From NCBI GenBank assembly GCA_025354525.1, contig JANXMS010000480.1, positions 3,590 to 67,589 of the forward strand: 64,000 nt of DNA. Direction: 5' to 3'. Positions 1 to 9,656 of this stretch are shown here, piece by piece. The translations under genes were made by a program, and so were the position numbers. Numbering within the stretch: the first letter of the stretch is position 1; each line of letters begins with the position of its first letter. The notes beneath the pieces were generated by a model. The model searched no databases, was not told the DNA's origin, and saw only the letters and a list, made by a program, of their open reading frames with translations. This DNA is from Acidobacteriota bacterium. Its GTDB lineage: Bacteria; Acidobacteriota; Terriglobia; Bryobacterales; Bryobacteraceae.

Positions 1-869
1 TGGACTTAAAAGCCTATCTGGCCCGCCAGGCCCAACGCTGCGATGCCGCACTCGAACGCTGGGTCCCCAGCGAATCGACCCCGCCCAGCACCATCCATCG
101 CGCCATGCGCTACAGCCTCTTCGCTGGCGGCAAACGCGTCCGCCCCGTTCTCTGTATGGCCGCTTTTGAAGCTATCGGCAGCAACCGCGAAGGAATCGAG
201 GATGCCGCCTGCACCCTCGAAATGATCCATACCTACTCGCTGATCCACGACGATCTCCCCGCCCTCGATAACGACGATCTTCGCCGCGGTCGCCCCACCA
301 ATCACAAAGTCTTCGGCGAAGCCATGGCCATCCTCGCCGGCGATTCGCTCCTTACACTCGCCTTCGAAGTCCTCGGCCGACTGCCCCACGGCGGCCTCCT
401 CGTCGCCGAACTTGCTTCCGCCTCCGGCACCGTCGGCGGCATGATCGGCGGCCAGGTCCACGACATCGAAGGCGAACGCCAAACCCCCACCGCCGAACTC
501 CTCGAACAAATCCACCGCGCCAAAACCGGAGCGCTCCTCCGCTGCTCCCTCCGGCTCGGTGCCATCTACGCCGCGGCCACTCCCGACCAACTCGCCGCCC
601 TCACGGCCTACGGCGAACACGTCGGCCTAGCCTTCCAAATCGTCGACGACATCCTCGATATCGAAGCCTCCCCCGAAGAACTCGGCAAGACCCCCGGCAA
701 GGATCAGGCCCAAGCCAAAATCACCTTCCCGGCCGTCTACGGTCTTGAACAAAGCCGTATCATGGCCGAAGCCGAACGCCAAGCCGCGCATGACGCGCTC
801 ACGATCTTTGACGACAAAGCCGCCCCCCTGCGAGCCCTCGCCGATTTCATCGTCCAGCGGAAGGCTTAA
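1..869 (+). CDS. ispA: Polyprenyl (farnesyl/geranylgeranyl) diphosphate synthase; 5' end lies outside the window
   Basis: The frame is open from the window edge (DLKAYLARQAQRCDAALERWVP precedes the first Met at 105). Motifs FAGGKRVRP, LIHDDLPALDNDDLRRGRPT (first DDxxD) and FQIVDDILD (second). Stop TAA at 867-869. Confidence 0.9.
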   Translation, partial: DLKAYLARQAQRCDAALERWVPSESTPPSTIHRAMRYSLFAGGKRVRPVLCMAAFEAIGSNREGIEDAACTLEMIHTYSLIHDDLPALDNDDLRRGRPTNHKVFGEAMAILAGDSLLTLAFEVLGRLPHGGLLVAELASASGTVGGMIGGQVHDIEGERQTPTAELLEQIHRAKTGALLRCSLRLGAIYAAATPDQLAALTAYGEHVGLAFQIVDDILDIEASPEELGKTPGKDQAQAKITFPAVYGLEQSRIMAEAERQAAHDALTIFDDKAAPLRALADFIVQRKA

Positions 870-872
870 CCC

Positions 873-1604
873 ATGGCGAAGGTCCGCCTCGACCAACTCG
901 TCGTCGAACGCGGCCTAGCTTCCTCTCGCGAAAAAGCTAAGGCCCTCATCCTCGCCGGCCAAGTTCTCCTTGATGGCCAAAAGTCCGACAAAGCCGGCCG
1001 CGAAGTCGCCGAAAACGCAAAAGTCGAACTCCTCGCCCAACCCCGTTTCGTCGGCCGCGGCGGCCTGAAAATGGAAGCCGCCCTCAACCACTGGCAGATC
1101 GACGTCACCGATAAAGTCGGCCTCGACGTCGGCTCCTCCACCGGCGGTTTCACCGACTGCCTCCTCCAACGCGGCGCCCGCATCGTCTACGCCTTCGACG
1201 TCGGCACCAATCAGATGGATTGGAAACTCCGCACCCATCCCCGCGTCGTCCTCCGCGAAAACTTCAACGCTCGCCATCTCCAACCCACCGATATCGCTGA
1301 ACCCGCTCACCTCTTAGTCGCCGACGTCTCCTTCATCTCCATCACCTTGATCCTCCCCGCCGCCGTCGCCCTGTTGCACCCGCACGGCGAACTCGCTATC
1401 CTCGTGAAACCCCAATTCGAAGTCGGTCGTGGGCAAGTGGGCAAGGGCGGCATCGTCCGCGACCCCGCCCTCCATCTCGAAGCGGTGAAGAAAGTCTCCC
1501 AAGCAGTCCATGCTCTCGGCTTCACGACGGACTCGATCGACAGTCCCATCCTCGGTGCCGAAGGCAATAAAGAATTTCTCCTCTATGGCCGAAGAACAGC
1601 GTAG
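873..1604 (+). CDS. tlyA: TlyA-family rRNA 2'-O-methyltransferase (S4 domain + FtsJ-like methyltransferase)
   Basis: N-terminus VRLDQLVVERGLASSREKAKALILAGQVLLDG (S4-like). SAM motif GLDVGSSTGGFTDCLLQRGA. Conserved ispA-tlyA-nadK neighbourhood. Confidence 0.9.
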   Translation: MAKVRLDQLVVERGLASSREKAKALILAGQVLLDGQKSDKAGREVAENAKVELLAQPRFVGRGGLKMEAALNHWQIDVTDKVGLDVGSSTGGFTDCLLQRGARIVYAFDVGTNQMDWKLRTHPRVVLRENFNARHLQPTDIAEPAHLLVADVSFISITLILPAAVALLHPHGELAILVKPQFEVGRGQVGKGGIVRDPALHLEAVKKVSQAVHALGFTTDSIDSPILGAEGNKEFLLYGRRTA

Positions 1605-2451
1605 CATCGGGATCATCGCCAAGCCGGGAATCCCGAACGCCCCCGAACTCCTCACCCAACTTCTCGCCTGGCTAGCCGAGCGCGGAGTCTCCGCCCACTA
1701 CGACGATCAAACGGCCCTCTACCTCGGGCGTACGGACGGACACCCGCGCGAAGAACTCGCCGAAGGGACCCTCTTCGTCATCGTCCTCGGCGGCGACGGC
1801 ACCCTCCTCTCCGCCGCCCGCGCCCTCGGCGGCCGCGACATCCCCATCCTCGCCGTCAACCTCGGCCATCTCGGCTTCCTCTCGTCCATCTCCCTCGACG
1901 AACTCTACCCCGAACTCGAACGCTCCCTCCGCGGCGAACACCGCATCGGCCCCCGCCGCATGCTCCACTGCGAAGTCTTCCGCGACGACCTCTCCATCGC
2001 CCGCTACGAGGCGCTCAACGACGTCGTCCTCACGAAAGCCGCCATCGCCCGCATGATCGATCTCGACTGCTTTGTCGACCGCCACTTCGTCGCTTCCTTC
2101 AAAGCCGACGGCCTCATCATCGCGACGCCCACCGGTTCCACCGCCTACTCCCTCTCCGCCGGCGGCCCCATCATTTTCCCCACCGTGCAAGCGTTGGCCA
2201 TCACGCCAATCTGCCCCCATACATTGACGAATCGACCCGTCATCGTCAATGATGCTAGTGTTATTACGATCCAGGCGAAAAGCGAGGACGAAGGCATCTT
2301 CCTCACTGTCGATGGCCAAGTGGGCCAGCCGCTGAAAAAGGACGACCGTGTAGTCTGCCGCAGCAGTGACAACTACATCAAATTGATTCGACCGCCCAGG
2401 ATGCTCTTCTTCGACGTCCTCCGGGCCAAACTCAAATGGGGTGAACGATGA
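1585..2451 (+). CDS. nadK: NAD+ kinase
   Basis: VIVLGGDGTLLSAARAL (GGDGT motif), NDVVL, ATPTGSTAYSLSAGGPI. ATG at 1585 (MAEEQRSIGIIAK) is preferred over the 1510 ORF start. It overlaps the tlyA end by 20 nt. Confidence 0.9.
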   Translation: MAEEQRSIGIIAKPGIPNAPELLTQLLAWLAERGVSAHYDDQTALYLGRTDGHPREELAEGTLFVIVLGGDGTLLSAARALGGRDIPILAVNLGHLGFLSSISLDELYPELERSLRGEHRIGPRRMLHCEVFRDDLSIARYEALNDVVLTKAAIARMIDLDCFVDRHFVASFKADGLIIATPTGSTAYSLSAGGPIIFPTVQALAITPICPHTLTNRPVIVNDASVITIQAKSEDEGIFLTVDGQVGQPLKKDDRVVCRSSDNYIKLIRPPRMLFFDVLRAKLKWGER

Positions 2452-3671
2452 AGAAGATCTCGCAACCAACCTGGATTTTTATCGCCATGATTGCCGGCAT
2501 CGCGCTCGGCTTTTTTGCGCCCGAGTTCTCGAAAGAGCTTACGCCCATCTACAAGATCTTCATCAACCTTATCAAGAGCATCATCGCCCCCTTGCTCTTC
2601 GCCACGCTCGTATATGGCATCGCCAGCTCCGGCAATGTGAATACCATGGGCCGCATCGGCGGCAAGGCCATCCTCTACTTTGAATTCGCCACCACCCTCG
2701 CTCTCATCGTCGGTCTCGTCGCCGTCAATTGGATCCAACCCGGCGTCGGCCAGCACATTGATGCCGCCAAAGTTGCCGCCACTAACCTCCCCGGTCAAAA
2801 GGTCCAGACCATCTCGCAGATCATCGAACACGCCTTCCCCGCTAGTGTCATTGACGCGATGGCCAAAGGCGACGTCCTCCAACTCGTCGTCTTCTGCTTC
2901 TTGTTCGGCACCGCCTGCGTCGCCGTCGGGCCCAAAGCCAAGTTCATCGTCGACTGGTGCGAATCGCTCGCGGAGGTGATGTTCAAGTACACGTCTTACG
3001 TCATGTATCTGGCTCCCCTCGCCGTCGGGGCCGCCATCGCGGTAACCGTCGGCACCTATGGAGTCGGCATTCTGAAAACGCTCGGCCTCCTCGTCCTTAC
3101 GGTCTTCGGCTCGCTTATTTTCTTCGTCGTCTTCGTCCTCGGCCCCATCATCTATTTCTGCAAAATTCCGATGGGCCGCTTCATCAGTGCGGTCAAAGAG
3201 CCGTGGCTCATCGCCTTCTCTACGGCATCTTCAGAAGCTGCGCTTCCGAAAGCGCTCGCCAACATGGAAGCCTTCGGCGTCCCTAAGCACATTGTCAGCT
3301 TCGTCCTGCCGACCGGCTATAGCTTCAACCTCGACGGCTCTACGCTCTATCTCGCCGCCGCCAGCATCTTCTGCGCCCAGGTCGTCGGCATGGAACTTTC
3401 CATCGGCACCCAAATCGCACTTATGCTCACGCTCATGCTCACGAGCAAAGGCGTCGCCGGCGTGCCCCGCGCCTCGCTCGTCATTCTCGCTGGCACCATC
3501 GCGGCGTTTAACATCCCCCCGGACGGCATTGCGCTTATCCTCGGCGTGGACGCCATTCTCGACATGGCCCGTACCTCGGTCAACCTCCTCGGCAACTGTC
3601 TCGCTTCCGCCGTCGTCGCCCGTTGGGAAGGCGTCGACTTCAGCAAAGCGCCGGAAGTTGAAATCGCCTGA
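2448..3671 (+). CDS. Dicarboxylate/amino acid:cation symporter (DAACS, GltP/DctA-like)
   Basis: 407 aa, multi-TM. DAACS-like N-terminus and SSEAALP, YSFNLDGSTLY, SKGVAGVPRASLV motifs. ATGA overlap with the nadK stop. Confidence 0.85.
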   Translation: MKKISQPTWIFIAMIAGIALGFFAPEFSKELTPIYKIFINLIKSIIAPLLFATLVYGIASSGNVNTMGRIGGKAILYFEFATTLALIVGLVAVNWIQPGVGQHIDAAKVAATNLPGQKVQTISQIIEHAFPASVIDAMAKGDVLQLVVFCFLFGTACVAVGPKAKFIVDWCESLAEVMFKYTSYVMYLAPLAVGAAIAVTVGTYGVGILKTLGLLVLTVFGSLIFFVVFVLGPIIYFCKIPMGRFISAVKEPWLIAFSTASSEAALPKALANMEAFGVPKHIVSFVLPTGYSFNLDGSTLYLAAASIFCAQVVGMELSIGTQIALMLTLMLTSKGVAGVPRASLVILAGTIAAFNIPPDGIALILGVDAILDMARTSVNLLGNCLASAVVARWEGVDFSKAPEVEIA

Positions 3672-3688
3672 CGAATTCTGCCGAAGCC

Positions 3689-4242
3689 TCACTGTATGTT
3701 CAGGAACCCCGGTTTCCTTCGGCAATCCAGTCCAAGCCCCCCAAGACCAGCTGAGCGCGATCTCGCCGCCGTCGCCTTCTGGCCCGGGCACATCACGGGC
3801 AACAACGCCGCCCCCGCCAGTCCTGCCCAGTTCGTCACAGAACCGCGCCGCACCAGCCAAATTACCCCGACCGAAGACGCCAGCGCCACGTACAACCCCT
3901 CCCGCAAACAGCCCCACCCATCGGCAATAAAAATCTCTGGCATCCAGCGCCACGGAAAAATCATCGCCGCCAGCACTAAAAATCCCACCAATGGCAGCAC
4001 GTTCGCTTACCGCACATTCACCCACACCTTCGATTCCGGCCGTAAACCCTGCGCCGCCGCCAGCCCCAACATCGCCATCATCGTCACGCCCAGCGCGCCC
4101 ATAATCATCACCTGGGCCACCGTCATCGCCAGCATTCCCCGCGACTCCAACGTCAGCCCGCCGCCCACCGTAATCAAACACCGTCAACCCGCACCCGTCG
4201 ATAGCCCCGGCTTCCTTGGCCGAATCTCGCTCTCATCCGCAT
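3689..4242 (-). pseudogene. Decayed membrane protein downstream of the ECF sigma remnant (anti-sigma-like, possibly NrsF/DUF1109-type)
   Basis: ATG at 4242 overlaps the sigma stop, but the frame closes after 22 codons. TM-like stretches lie in two other frames: LTLESRGMLAMTVAQVMIMGALGVTMMAMLGLAAAQGLRPE...*, then the 3689..4000 ORF MLPLVGFLVLAAMIFPWRW.... No continuous ORF. Confidence 0.3.
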
Positions 4243-4594
4243 GACTTCTCTCCCATCAACTGGCGCAGCGTCTCGTACGCCCGAGCTTCACACTCCCCAC
4301 CGTCGATGTAGCGGAAGCACCCGTCGGCCTAGCCTCCGTTGCAAAATTCGCCCCCGCCTCCATCGCCACCTCCCGCCCGGAACTCCGCGCCCGCTTCCGA
4401 AACTGGTTTACCCTCGAATGCCGCGCAATCGCGAAAACTCAAGGCAACACCGGCCGCGCCTTGTGCAGCCGAATCCAACATTCCTGCGCCAAATCATCGG
4501 CCCGCTCGTGCTCGGCCAAACTACTATAAAACCGGGGCAACATCGGGTAGACCTGGTCGCCAAAAGCTCCGCCGCCTAGTATCCGATCATCCAT
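4233..4594 (-). pseudogene. ECF-type sigma-70 factor remnant (nonsense codon, frameshift, internal deletion)
   Basis: From ATG 4594: MDDRILGGGAFGDQVYPMLPRFYSSLAEHERADDLAQECWIRLHKARPVLP-TGA(4439-4441)-VFAIARHSRVNQFRKRAR (region 2-like). The region 4 tail FRYIDGGECEARAYETLRQLMGEK is in another frame and lacks most of the HTH. The whole remnant is about 360 nt against about 550 nt for an intact ECF sigma. Confidence 0.55.
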
Positions 4595-4609
4595 TCGACC
4601 AGCTCTTGT

Positions 4610-5641
4610 CTATCGTCCAACCGTAATCTGTACCAGCCCCGATTCGCTCTCGAGACGGAGTACCCCCCGCGGACAAACCTCCGAGCAAACTCCACAGCCC
4701 ACGCACGACGCCCGCGTGAAGCTCTCGTTCATTTGCGCATACGCCCGCACGTCAATTCCCATCTCGCAGTATTTCGAACATAGCCCGCACGAGATACACA
4801 TATCCTCTTTCACACGAATATGGAAGCGCTTTCCCGCCCTCTGCGTGATCCCCAACAACGCTGCCATCGGGCAAAAGAACCGGCACCAAACCCGCGTCCC
4901 ACCCAACGGATACAGCCCCACACCCACCACGCCAGACAAGACGCTGCCCACAATCAACCCGTACCAACTCTGAAACTCCACCACCACCGGTGCCTTGCTG
5001 CCCGTCGTCCACGAATAAACCAAAATTCCAGTCAACGCCAAACTAATCCCCAGAACACTGTAAACACTCACCTTTTCAAACTTCCAAGCCGCCGTCGACT
5101 TATCGCTTAAATGCCGCCACGGCTCCCCGAACGTATTCGCCAACCCGCCACACCCGCACACCCAGGAACAGTACCACCGCTTGCCGAAAAACGCCCCAGC
5201 CAATGGCACCAGCACGAGGCCCCCCGCGATCGAATACACGATGAACCACATCGGCTGCTGGGCCAGATACTCCGGGTTCCCATAGTCAAACTTTAACGGC
5301 CAGAAATAACTTAGGTACAACTCCGGCTGGTGCATCGCTTTCAGCATCTGCGGAATCGAAAACGCAAATACCACCTGCACGAACATCACGACCGACGTCC
5401 GGATCACTTGGTAGCGGTTATGTCCATACTTCCGCATCACCGCCAACCCACCGCCTACAATCGCCACCGTATACAGCACCCCATACAAATCCCACTTACT
5501 GCTCAGCCCTACCCTCTGCGCCCACGGCGTCAGCGCCTCGGTGAAATACAGCACCACATAGAATGCAGTCAGCAGCGCCGCCATCAACCAACCGGTCACT
5601 CCCCGGTTGGTCATGTCATGGTAAAGCCGATCCCGAATCAT
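4610..5641 (-). CDS. Membrane-bound polyferredoxin (NapH/MauN-like 4Fe-4S binding protein)
   Basis: Several TM helices, CSWVCGCGG motif, and two ferredoxin motifs CISCGLCSKYCE and CVGCGVCSEVCP. ATGA overlap with the upstream oxidoreductase. Confidence 0.8.
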   Translation of the reverse strand: MIRDRLYHDMTNRGVTGWLMAALLTAFYVVLYFTEALTPWAQRVGLSSKWDLYGVLYTVAIVGGGLAVMRKYGHNRYQVIRTSVVMFVQVVFAFSIPQMLKAMHQPELYLSYFWPLKFDYGNPEYLAQQPMWFIVYSIAGGLVLVPLAGAFFGKRWYCSWVCGCGGLANTFGEPWRHLSDKSTAAWKFEKVSVYSVLGISLALTGILVYSWTTGSKAPVVVEFQSWYGLIVGSVLSGVVGVGLYPLGGTRVWCRFFCPMAALLGITQRAGKRFHIRVKEDMCISCGLCSKYCEMGIDVRAYAQMNESFTRASCVGCGVCSEVCPRGVLRLESESGLVQITVGR

Positions 5642-6837
5642 AGTGCCACTCTCCCGAATTCCACGTCATACTGCGCTTCGCTCAGTCGCCCCATCACATC
5701 CTCCGTCTTCCGCCTTTCCTCCAACCACTTCACCAGCACCCGATGGTTCCACCGGCTCCCCAGCATCGAGAATCCAGTCACGATGCCATCCCGTTCCAGC
5801 ACCCGGACGCTGGCATCTCTCCCCGGCAATTTCCGAAACCTCCCCGGCCCCTTCGTCTCCCCCGCGCAAGTCCACTCTAAGTGAAAGAACTTCGCGCTGT
5901 TGTAGTAAGTCGGCGCGCCGTACTCCATCGTCTCCCCCAAAATAGCCCGCGCTACGGCCGCACCTTGCCGCTTCGCCGCATACCACAGCGGTTCAATTTG
6001 GCCATTCACCTCGGCCACGTCACCCGCCGCGAACACATGGGGCAGGGAAGTGCGAAACCCGCCATCGGTCACCACCCCGCGCCCCAACTCCGGCGGAGTC
6101 TTCACCCCGCGCAACCAATCCACATTCGGTTCCACCCCAATCGTCACCCCCACCATCTCACAACCAATCTTGTCCCCCGCCGTCGTCACCACGCCGTTGA
6201 CGCGACCCTCCCCCTCCAAGCTCGCCACCTCCGTAGCCAACCGCAGATCCACCCCCTGCGCCCGAATATGCGCCACCACCATCTCGCCCTCTTCCGGGCT
6301 CAACGCCGCCGGCCAATAGGTGGCCTCACGCACCAAGAATGTCGTCGCCACCCGATGATGCACCAAACACTCCACCAGCTCCACCCCAATCAATCCACCC
6401 CCAGCCACCACCGCCCGCTTCGTCCCCGGCGTCAGCCGCTCACACGCTTCCAGGTCCTGCAGCGTGACGAAGTTCACCACCCCTTCCAGCTTCCGTTCCC
6501 ATTCCGCTCGCCGTCCCCGCGACCCCGTCGCCAGCAGCAGCTTGTCATAGCTGACAGCGACTCCGTCCGCCAAACTCAGGCACCGCCCCTCGGCGTCCAG
6601 ATCGGTCACCCAACCCCGCCGCAACGTGATCCGCTTCTCCCGGAAAACGTGCCGTTCATACGGCTCCAAATCACGCCTCTGCATCTGATCCATGAAGGCG
6701 TACATCAGCGCCGTCCGCGAAAAGAAATATTCTCCCTCTCCGCTGATCACTGTGATCTCCGCCTGCGCATCCTTTGCCCTCACGGCCAGCGCCGCCGTGA
6801 TTCCCGCTACTCCGTTGCCGACGATGACGAGGTGCAT
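5638..6837 (-). CDS. NAD(P)/FAD-dependent pyridine nucleotide-disulfide-family oxidoreductase
   Basis: N-terminal Rossmann motif VIVGNGVAGITAA, second dinucleotide motif AVVAGGGLIGVE, and FAAGDVA near the C-terminal third. Confidence 0.85.
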   Translation of the reverse strand: MHLVIVGNGVAGITAALAVRAKDAQAEITVISGEGEYFFSRTALMYAFMDQMQRRDLEPYERHVFREKRITLRRGWVTDLDAEGRCLSLADGVAVSYDKLLLATGSRGRRAEWERKLEGVVNFVTLQDLEACERLTPGTKRAVVAGGGLIGVELVECLVHHRVATTFLVREATYWPAALSPEEGEMVVAHIRAQGVDLRLATEVASLEGEGRVNGVVTTAGDKIGCEMVGVTIGVEPNVDWLRGVKTPPELGRGVVTDGGFRTSLPHVFAAGDVAEVNGQIEPLWYAAKRQGAAVARAILGETMEYGAPTYYNSAKFFHLEWTCAGETKGPGRFRKLPGRDASVRVLERDGIVTGFSMLGSRWNHRVLVKWLEERRKTEDVMGRLSEAQYDVEFGRVAL

Positions 6838-6876
6838 GGTTCCCTTTCTGCCCTTTCGCTCGCCGCCCCTCCAAAG

Positions 6877-7197
6877 TTACGGCAGCATCGCGAGCGCGCC
6901 TTCCAGCTCGCCTCGCGTGTGCGAATCCCCCGCCTTGGTCGCCGCCTCAATTCCCCGCCGATACATCCCGGCCGCCTCGTCCGGCTGGCCCATCTTCTCG
7001 AGCGTCTGCCCCCCGTGGAAGTACGCCGCGCAATAGTCCGGTTTGCTCGCAATTAAGGCTTCGAACTGCGTCACCGCCCCCGCGAAATCTCCCTGATTGG
7101 CAAACTCCATCGCCAACCCGTAACGCGCAAACGTGTTTGTCGCGTCCAACTCCAACATCCCCTGCAAAATCTCTAGCCGAGAGCTCATACCATCCAT
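6877..7197 (-). CDS. Small tetratricopeptide-repeat protein
   Basis: 106 aa with TPR-like helical repeats (ARYGLAMEFANQGDFAGAVTQFEALIASKPDYCAAYFHGGQTLEKMGQPDEA). Confidence 0.7.
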   Translation of the reverse strand: MDGMSSRLEILQGMLELDATNTFARYGLAMEFANQGDFAGAVTQFEALIASKPDYCAAYFHGGQTLEKMGQPDEAAGMYRRGIEAATKAGDSHTRGELEGALAMLP

Positions 7198-7211
7198 CGT
7201 ACCCTGAGGAT

Positions 7212-7691
7212 ATGCTTCCTGATCAACCGGGCCGCCCGGTCCGCGAATCCGCCTCTGAAATGAGCGAGTTCGCTCTTCCCAACGACGCCAATGTCCTCGG
7301 CACCCTCTTCGGCGGGAAAGTCATGGCCCTCGTCGACCTCGCCGCTTCTCTCGCCGCCGCTCGTCACGCGCGCTGCGCCATCGTCACCGCGTCCATCGAC
7401 CGCATGACGTTCCTTCACCCCATCCATATCGGCCAACTCGTCACGCTCAAATCCAGCGTCAATCGGGTGTTCCGCACTTCCATGGAAGTCGGAGTCAAAG
7501 TCTTCATCGAAGACCTGCACACCCGCGAAGTCAAACACACGTCCTCCGCCTATCTCACCTTCGTCGCGCTCGACAAAGCCGGGCAGAAAATCGCCGTCAC
7601 CCCCGTCCTGCCACAGAGCGAAGCAGAGCTTCGCCGCTACGAAGAGGCCGGCGAACGCCGGGCCCTTCGCTTAGCCCAAAAACCGAAGTAA
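7212..7691 (+). CDS. Acyl-CoA thioesterase (hotdog fold, YciA-like)
   Basis: LPNDANVLGTLFGGKVMALVDLAASLAAARHA is typical of acyl-CoA hydrolases. The start is uncertain: ATG 7212 is chosen, ATG 7260 is possible, and the 7137 GTG would overlap the TPR gene. Confidence 0.8.
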   Translation: MLPDQPGRPVRESASEMSEFALPNDANVLGTLFGGKVMALVDLAASLAAARHARCAIVTASIDRMTFLHPIHIGQLVTLKSSVNRVFRTSMEVGVKVFIEDLHTREVKHTSSAYLTFVALDKAGQKIAVTPVLPQSEAELRRYEEAGERRALRLAQKPK

Positions 7692-7695
7692 TCGC

Positions 7696-7950
7696 TTACT
7701 CCCCGTCTTTGTACATGTATTTGATGTTGTGCTTATACAGCATCAAATTCGGCGCACCATCGCGATTGAATTTCAAGGCGGCTTTGTCGTACCACTCAAT
7801 AATGCCGCGGAGTTCTTCGCCGTCTTTCATCACGATCACCATCGGCGTCTTCGCCTGCATCTGCTTCATGTAGTAGAAGTTTTCGGCGTTGGTCTGATCG
7901 GGAGGAACCGGCTTCTTGGTCGGGGGCGAGCTACGAGTCGGAGGGGGCAT
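7696..7950 (-). CDS. hfq: Hfq/Sm-like RNA chaperone with a Pro-rich N-terminal extension
   Basis: [33 protein letters not shown] aligns by eye with Hfq Sm1 (..P V.I.L.NG..L.G.IE.FD), and [12 protein letters not shown] aligns with Sm2 (YKHAI). Confidence 0.6.
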   Translation of the reverse strand: MPPPTRSSPPTKKPVPPDQTNAENFYYMKQMQAKTPMVIVMKDGEELRGIIEWYDKAALKFNRDGAPNLMLYKHNIKYMYKDGE

Positions 7951-7972
7951 GGAGTTGTTAATTATTATTGCA

Positions 7973-9013
7973 TCATAATTGGATTTTGCCGCGCAGTTCC
8001 AGAACCATCGCGTCCAGCGCGATTCCTTTCTGAATGTTCCGCCGCAGCAAATCCACTAGCTCGTCGGTCTTCCGCACAGCTTTTTGGATCCAATCAAATG
8101 TAATAACGCGCGCCAGCCCCTCAAGTTCCCGCCGAATATCAAAATTTCGTAAAGTTGCGTTCCGCGCCTCGCACCGGATCAGTAACAAGTCTTCCAGCAG
8201 CAGATACAAAACCTTCAAGTGGTTTTCCAGCTTCTCCGACCGGCTCGCGTTCAGCGCCTCCGACGTCTTCGCCCAGTCTCCCCATGGCAACATCCCGCAC
8301 GCCGCCCCCAGCAACGCCAACATCTGCGCCCGCCGCTTGTCGTAGACCGCCAACTCCAAGCTCATCGCCAAACCCGGTGATCCCGCTGCCAGCGCCACTC
8401 GCCGCTCCACGTCCTTCAGCCCCTTCTCCGCCGCAAAGGCCGCCATTTCCGTCTTCGCCAACGGCGTCAAATAAATCGGTACCGACCGCGATCGAATCGT
8501 CGGCAGCAGGTCATAGGCGTTCGTCGCCGTCGCCACGATGATCAAGTAAGGCGGCGGCTCCTCCAGCGTCTTCAGCAGCGAGTTCGCCGCTTGCTCGTTC
8601 GCCCGGTCGATCTGGTCAATTAGGAATACCTTGCGCGGGCCCTTCAGCGGCCCATACTGCGCCCGTTCCTTCAGCGCCCGCATCTGCGGTATCGAAAGCT
8701 GGCGCAGCGGTCCCTCGGGGCAAAAGGTCACGAAATCCGAGTGCGTGTTGAATAGAATCGGATCTTCATTCCGCTTCTCCGCCGTCCACTTTTCCCGCTC
8801 CGCAATCACTTCCTGATTCGCCGGCAAGGACAGATCGTCTTTTTCAATCTGAACCGCGTGGCCCACAATCGCCGCCGCAAACCGCCGCGCCAACGTCGCC
8901 TTTCCAATGCCCTCCGGCCCCGCCAACAGAATCGTCTGCGGCATGCGTTGGCTGGCAATCATTCCCGCCAACACCCGCTGGGCTTCCACATTGCCATGGA
9001 AATTTTCAAACAT
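7973..9013 (-). CDS. holB: DNA polymerase III delta' subunit
   Basis: [21 protein letters not shown] (AAA+ Walker A-like), [30 protein letters not shown] at 9013 (MFENFHG) overlaps the tmk stop by 8 nt. Confidence 0.85.
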   Translation of the reverse strand: MFENFHGNVEAQRVLAGMIASQRMPQTILLAGPEGIGKATLARRFAAAIVGHAVQIEKDDLSLPANQEVIAEREKWTAEKRNEDPILFNTHSDFVTFCPEGPLRQLSIPQMRALKERAQYGPLKGPRKVFLIDQIDRANEQAANSLLKTLEEPPPYLIIVATATNAYDLLPTIRSRSVPIYLTPLAKTEMAAFAAEKGLKDVERRVALAAGSPGLAMSLELAVYDKRRAQMLALLGAACGMLPWGDWAKTSEALNASRSEKLENHLKVLYLLLEDLLLIRCEARNATLRNFDIRRELEGLARVITFDWIQKAVRKTDELVDLLRRNIQKGIALDAMVLELRGKIQL

Positions 9014-9656
9014 GCGGCCCCACCTCGCTCCAAATCGCCGCCGCCACCTCGGCGACGCTCTGCCCCGCGTCAATCGTCCGAATCCGCGTTGGCTCTGCCG
9101 CCGCCAACTCTAAGTAGCCCTGCCGCACCCGCGCATGGAACTCCTCGGCCTGCTCGTCCATTCGGGTCTCGTCCGCCATCGCCGCCGCCTCGCGCTCGGC
9201 GTTCCGCGCCCGCGCCCGCGCTAACCCCGCCTTGTAATCGATGTCCAAATAGATCGTCAAATCCGGCAGCACTTCTTGGCACGCGATCCCATGCAACTCC
9301 CGCACCAGACCCGCCGTCAACCCCCGCCCCTCCCCCTGATACGCCAGCGTCGAATCCGTAAACCGGTCGCTCACCACCACCCGCCCCGCCGCCAACGCCG
9401 GTCGAATCCATTCGTCCACGTTCTGCGCCCGGCAGGCAAAATACAGCAACAACTCCGCCCGCGCCGATAGTTCCTCGTTCGCGGAATCCAGCAGAATCTT
9501 TCGAATCTGACGCCCGATCGGCGTCCCTCCCGGCTCCGCCGTCTCCAGCACGTCCAGCCCCATCCCCTTCAGCCGCTCGACGAGAAGCCGCATCTGCGTC
9601 GTCTTCCCGCAGCCGTCGCCACCCTCAAACGAAACGAAAAAGCCCCGCTTAGTCAT
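9006..9656 (-). CDS. tmk: Thymidylate kinase
   Basis: FVSFEGGDGCGKTTQ P-loop, DRFTDSTLAYQG, and typical length (216 aa). Confidence 0.95.
   Translation of the reverse strand: MTKRGFFVSFEGGDGCGKTTQMRLLVERLKGMGLDVLETAEPGGTPIGRQIRKILLDSANEELSARAELLLYFACRAQNVDEWIRPALAAGRVVVSDRFTDSTLAYQGEGRGLTAGLVRELHGIACQEVLPDLTIYLDIDYKAGLARARARNAEREAAAMADETRMDEQAEEFHARVRQGYLELAAAEPTRIRTIDAGQSVAEVAAAIWSEVGPHV

Noticed and set aside
7137-7211. GTG at 7137 as the start of the acyl-CoA thioesterase (the ORF-track start).
   Set aside because: It would overlap the divergent TPR gene by 61 nt and add a Pro/Ser-rich extension not expected for hotdog thioesterases. ATG 7212 (or 7260) is more plausible, but the choice remains unverified.
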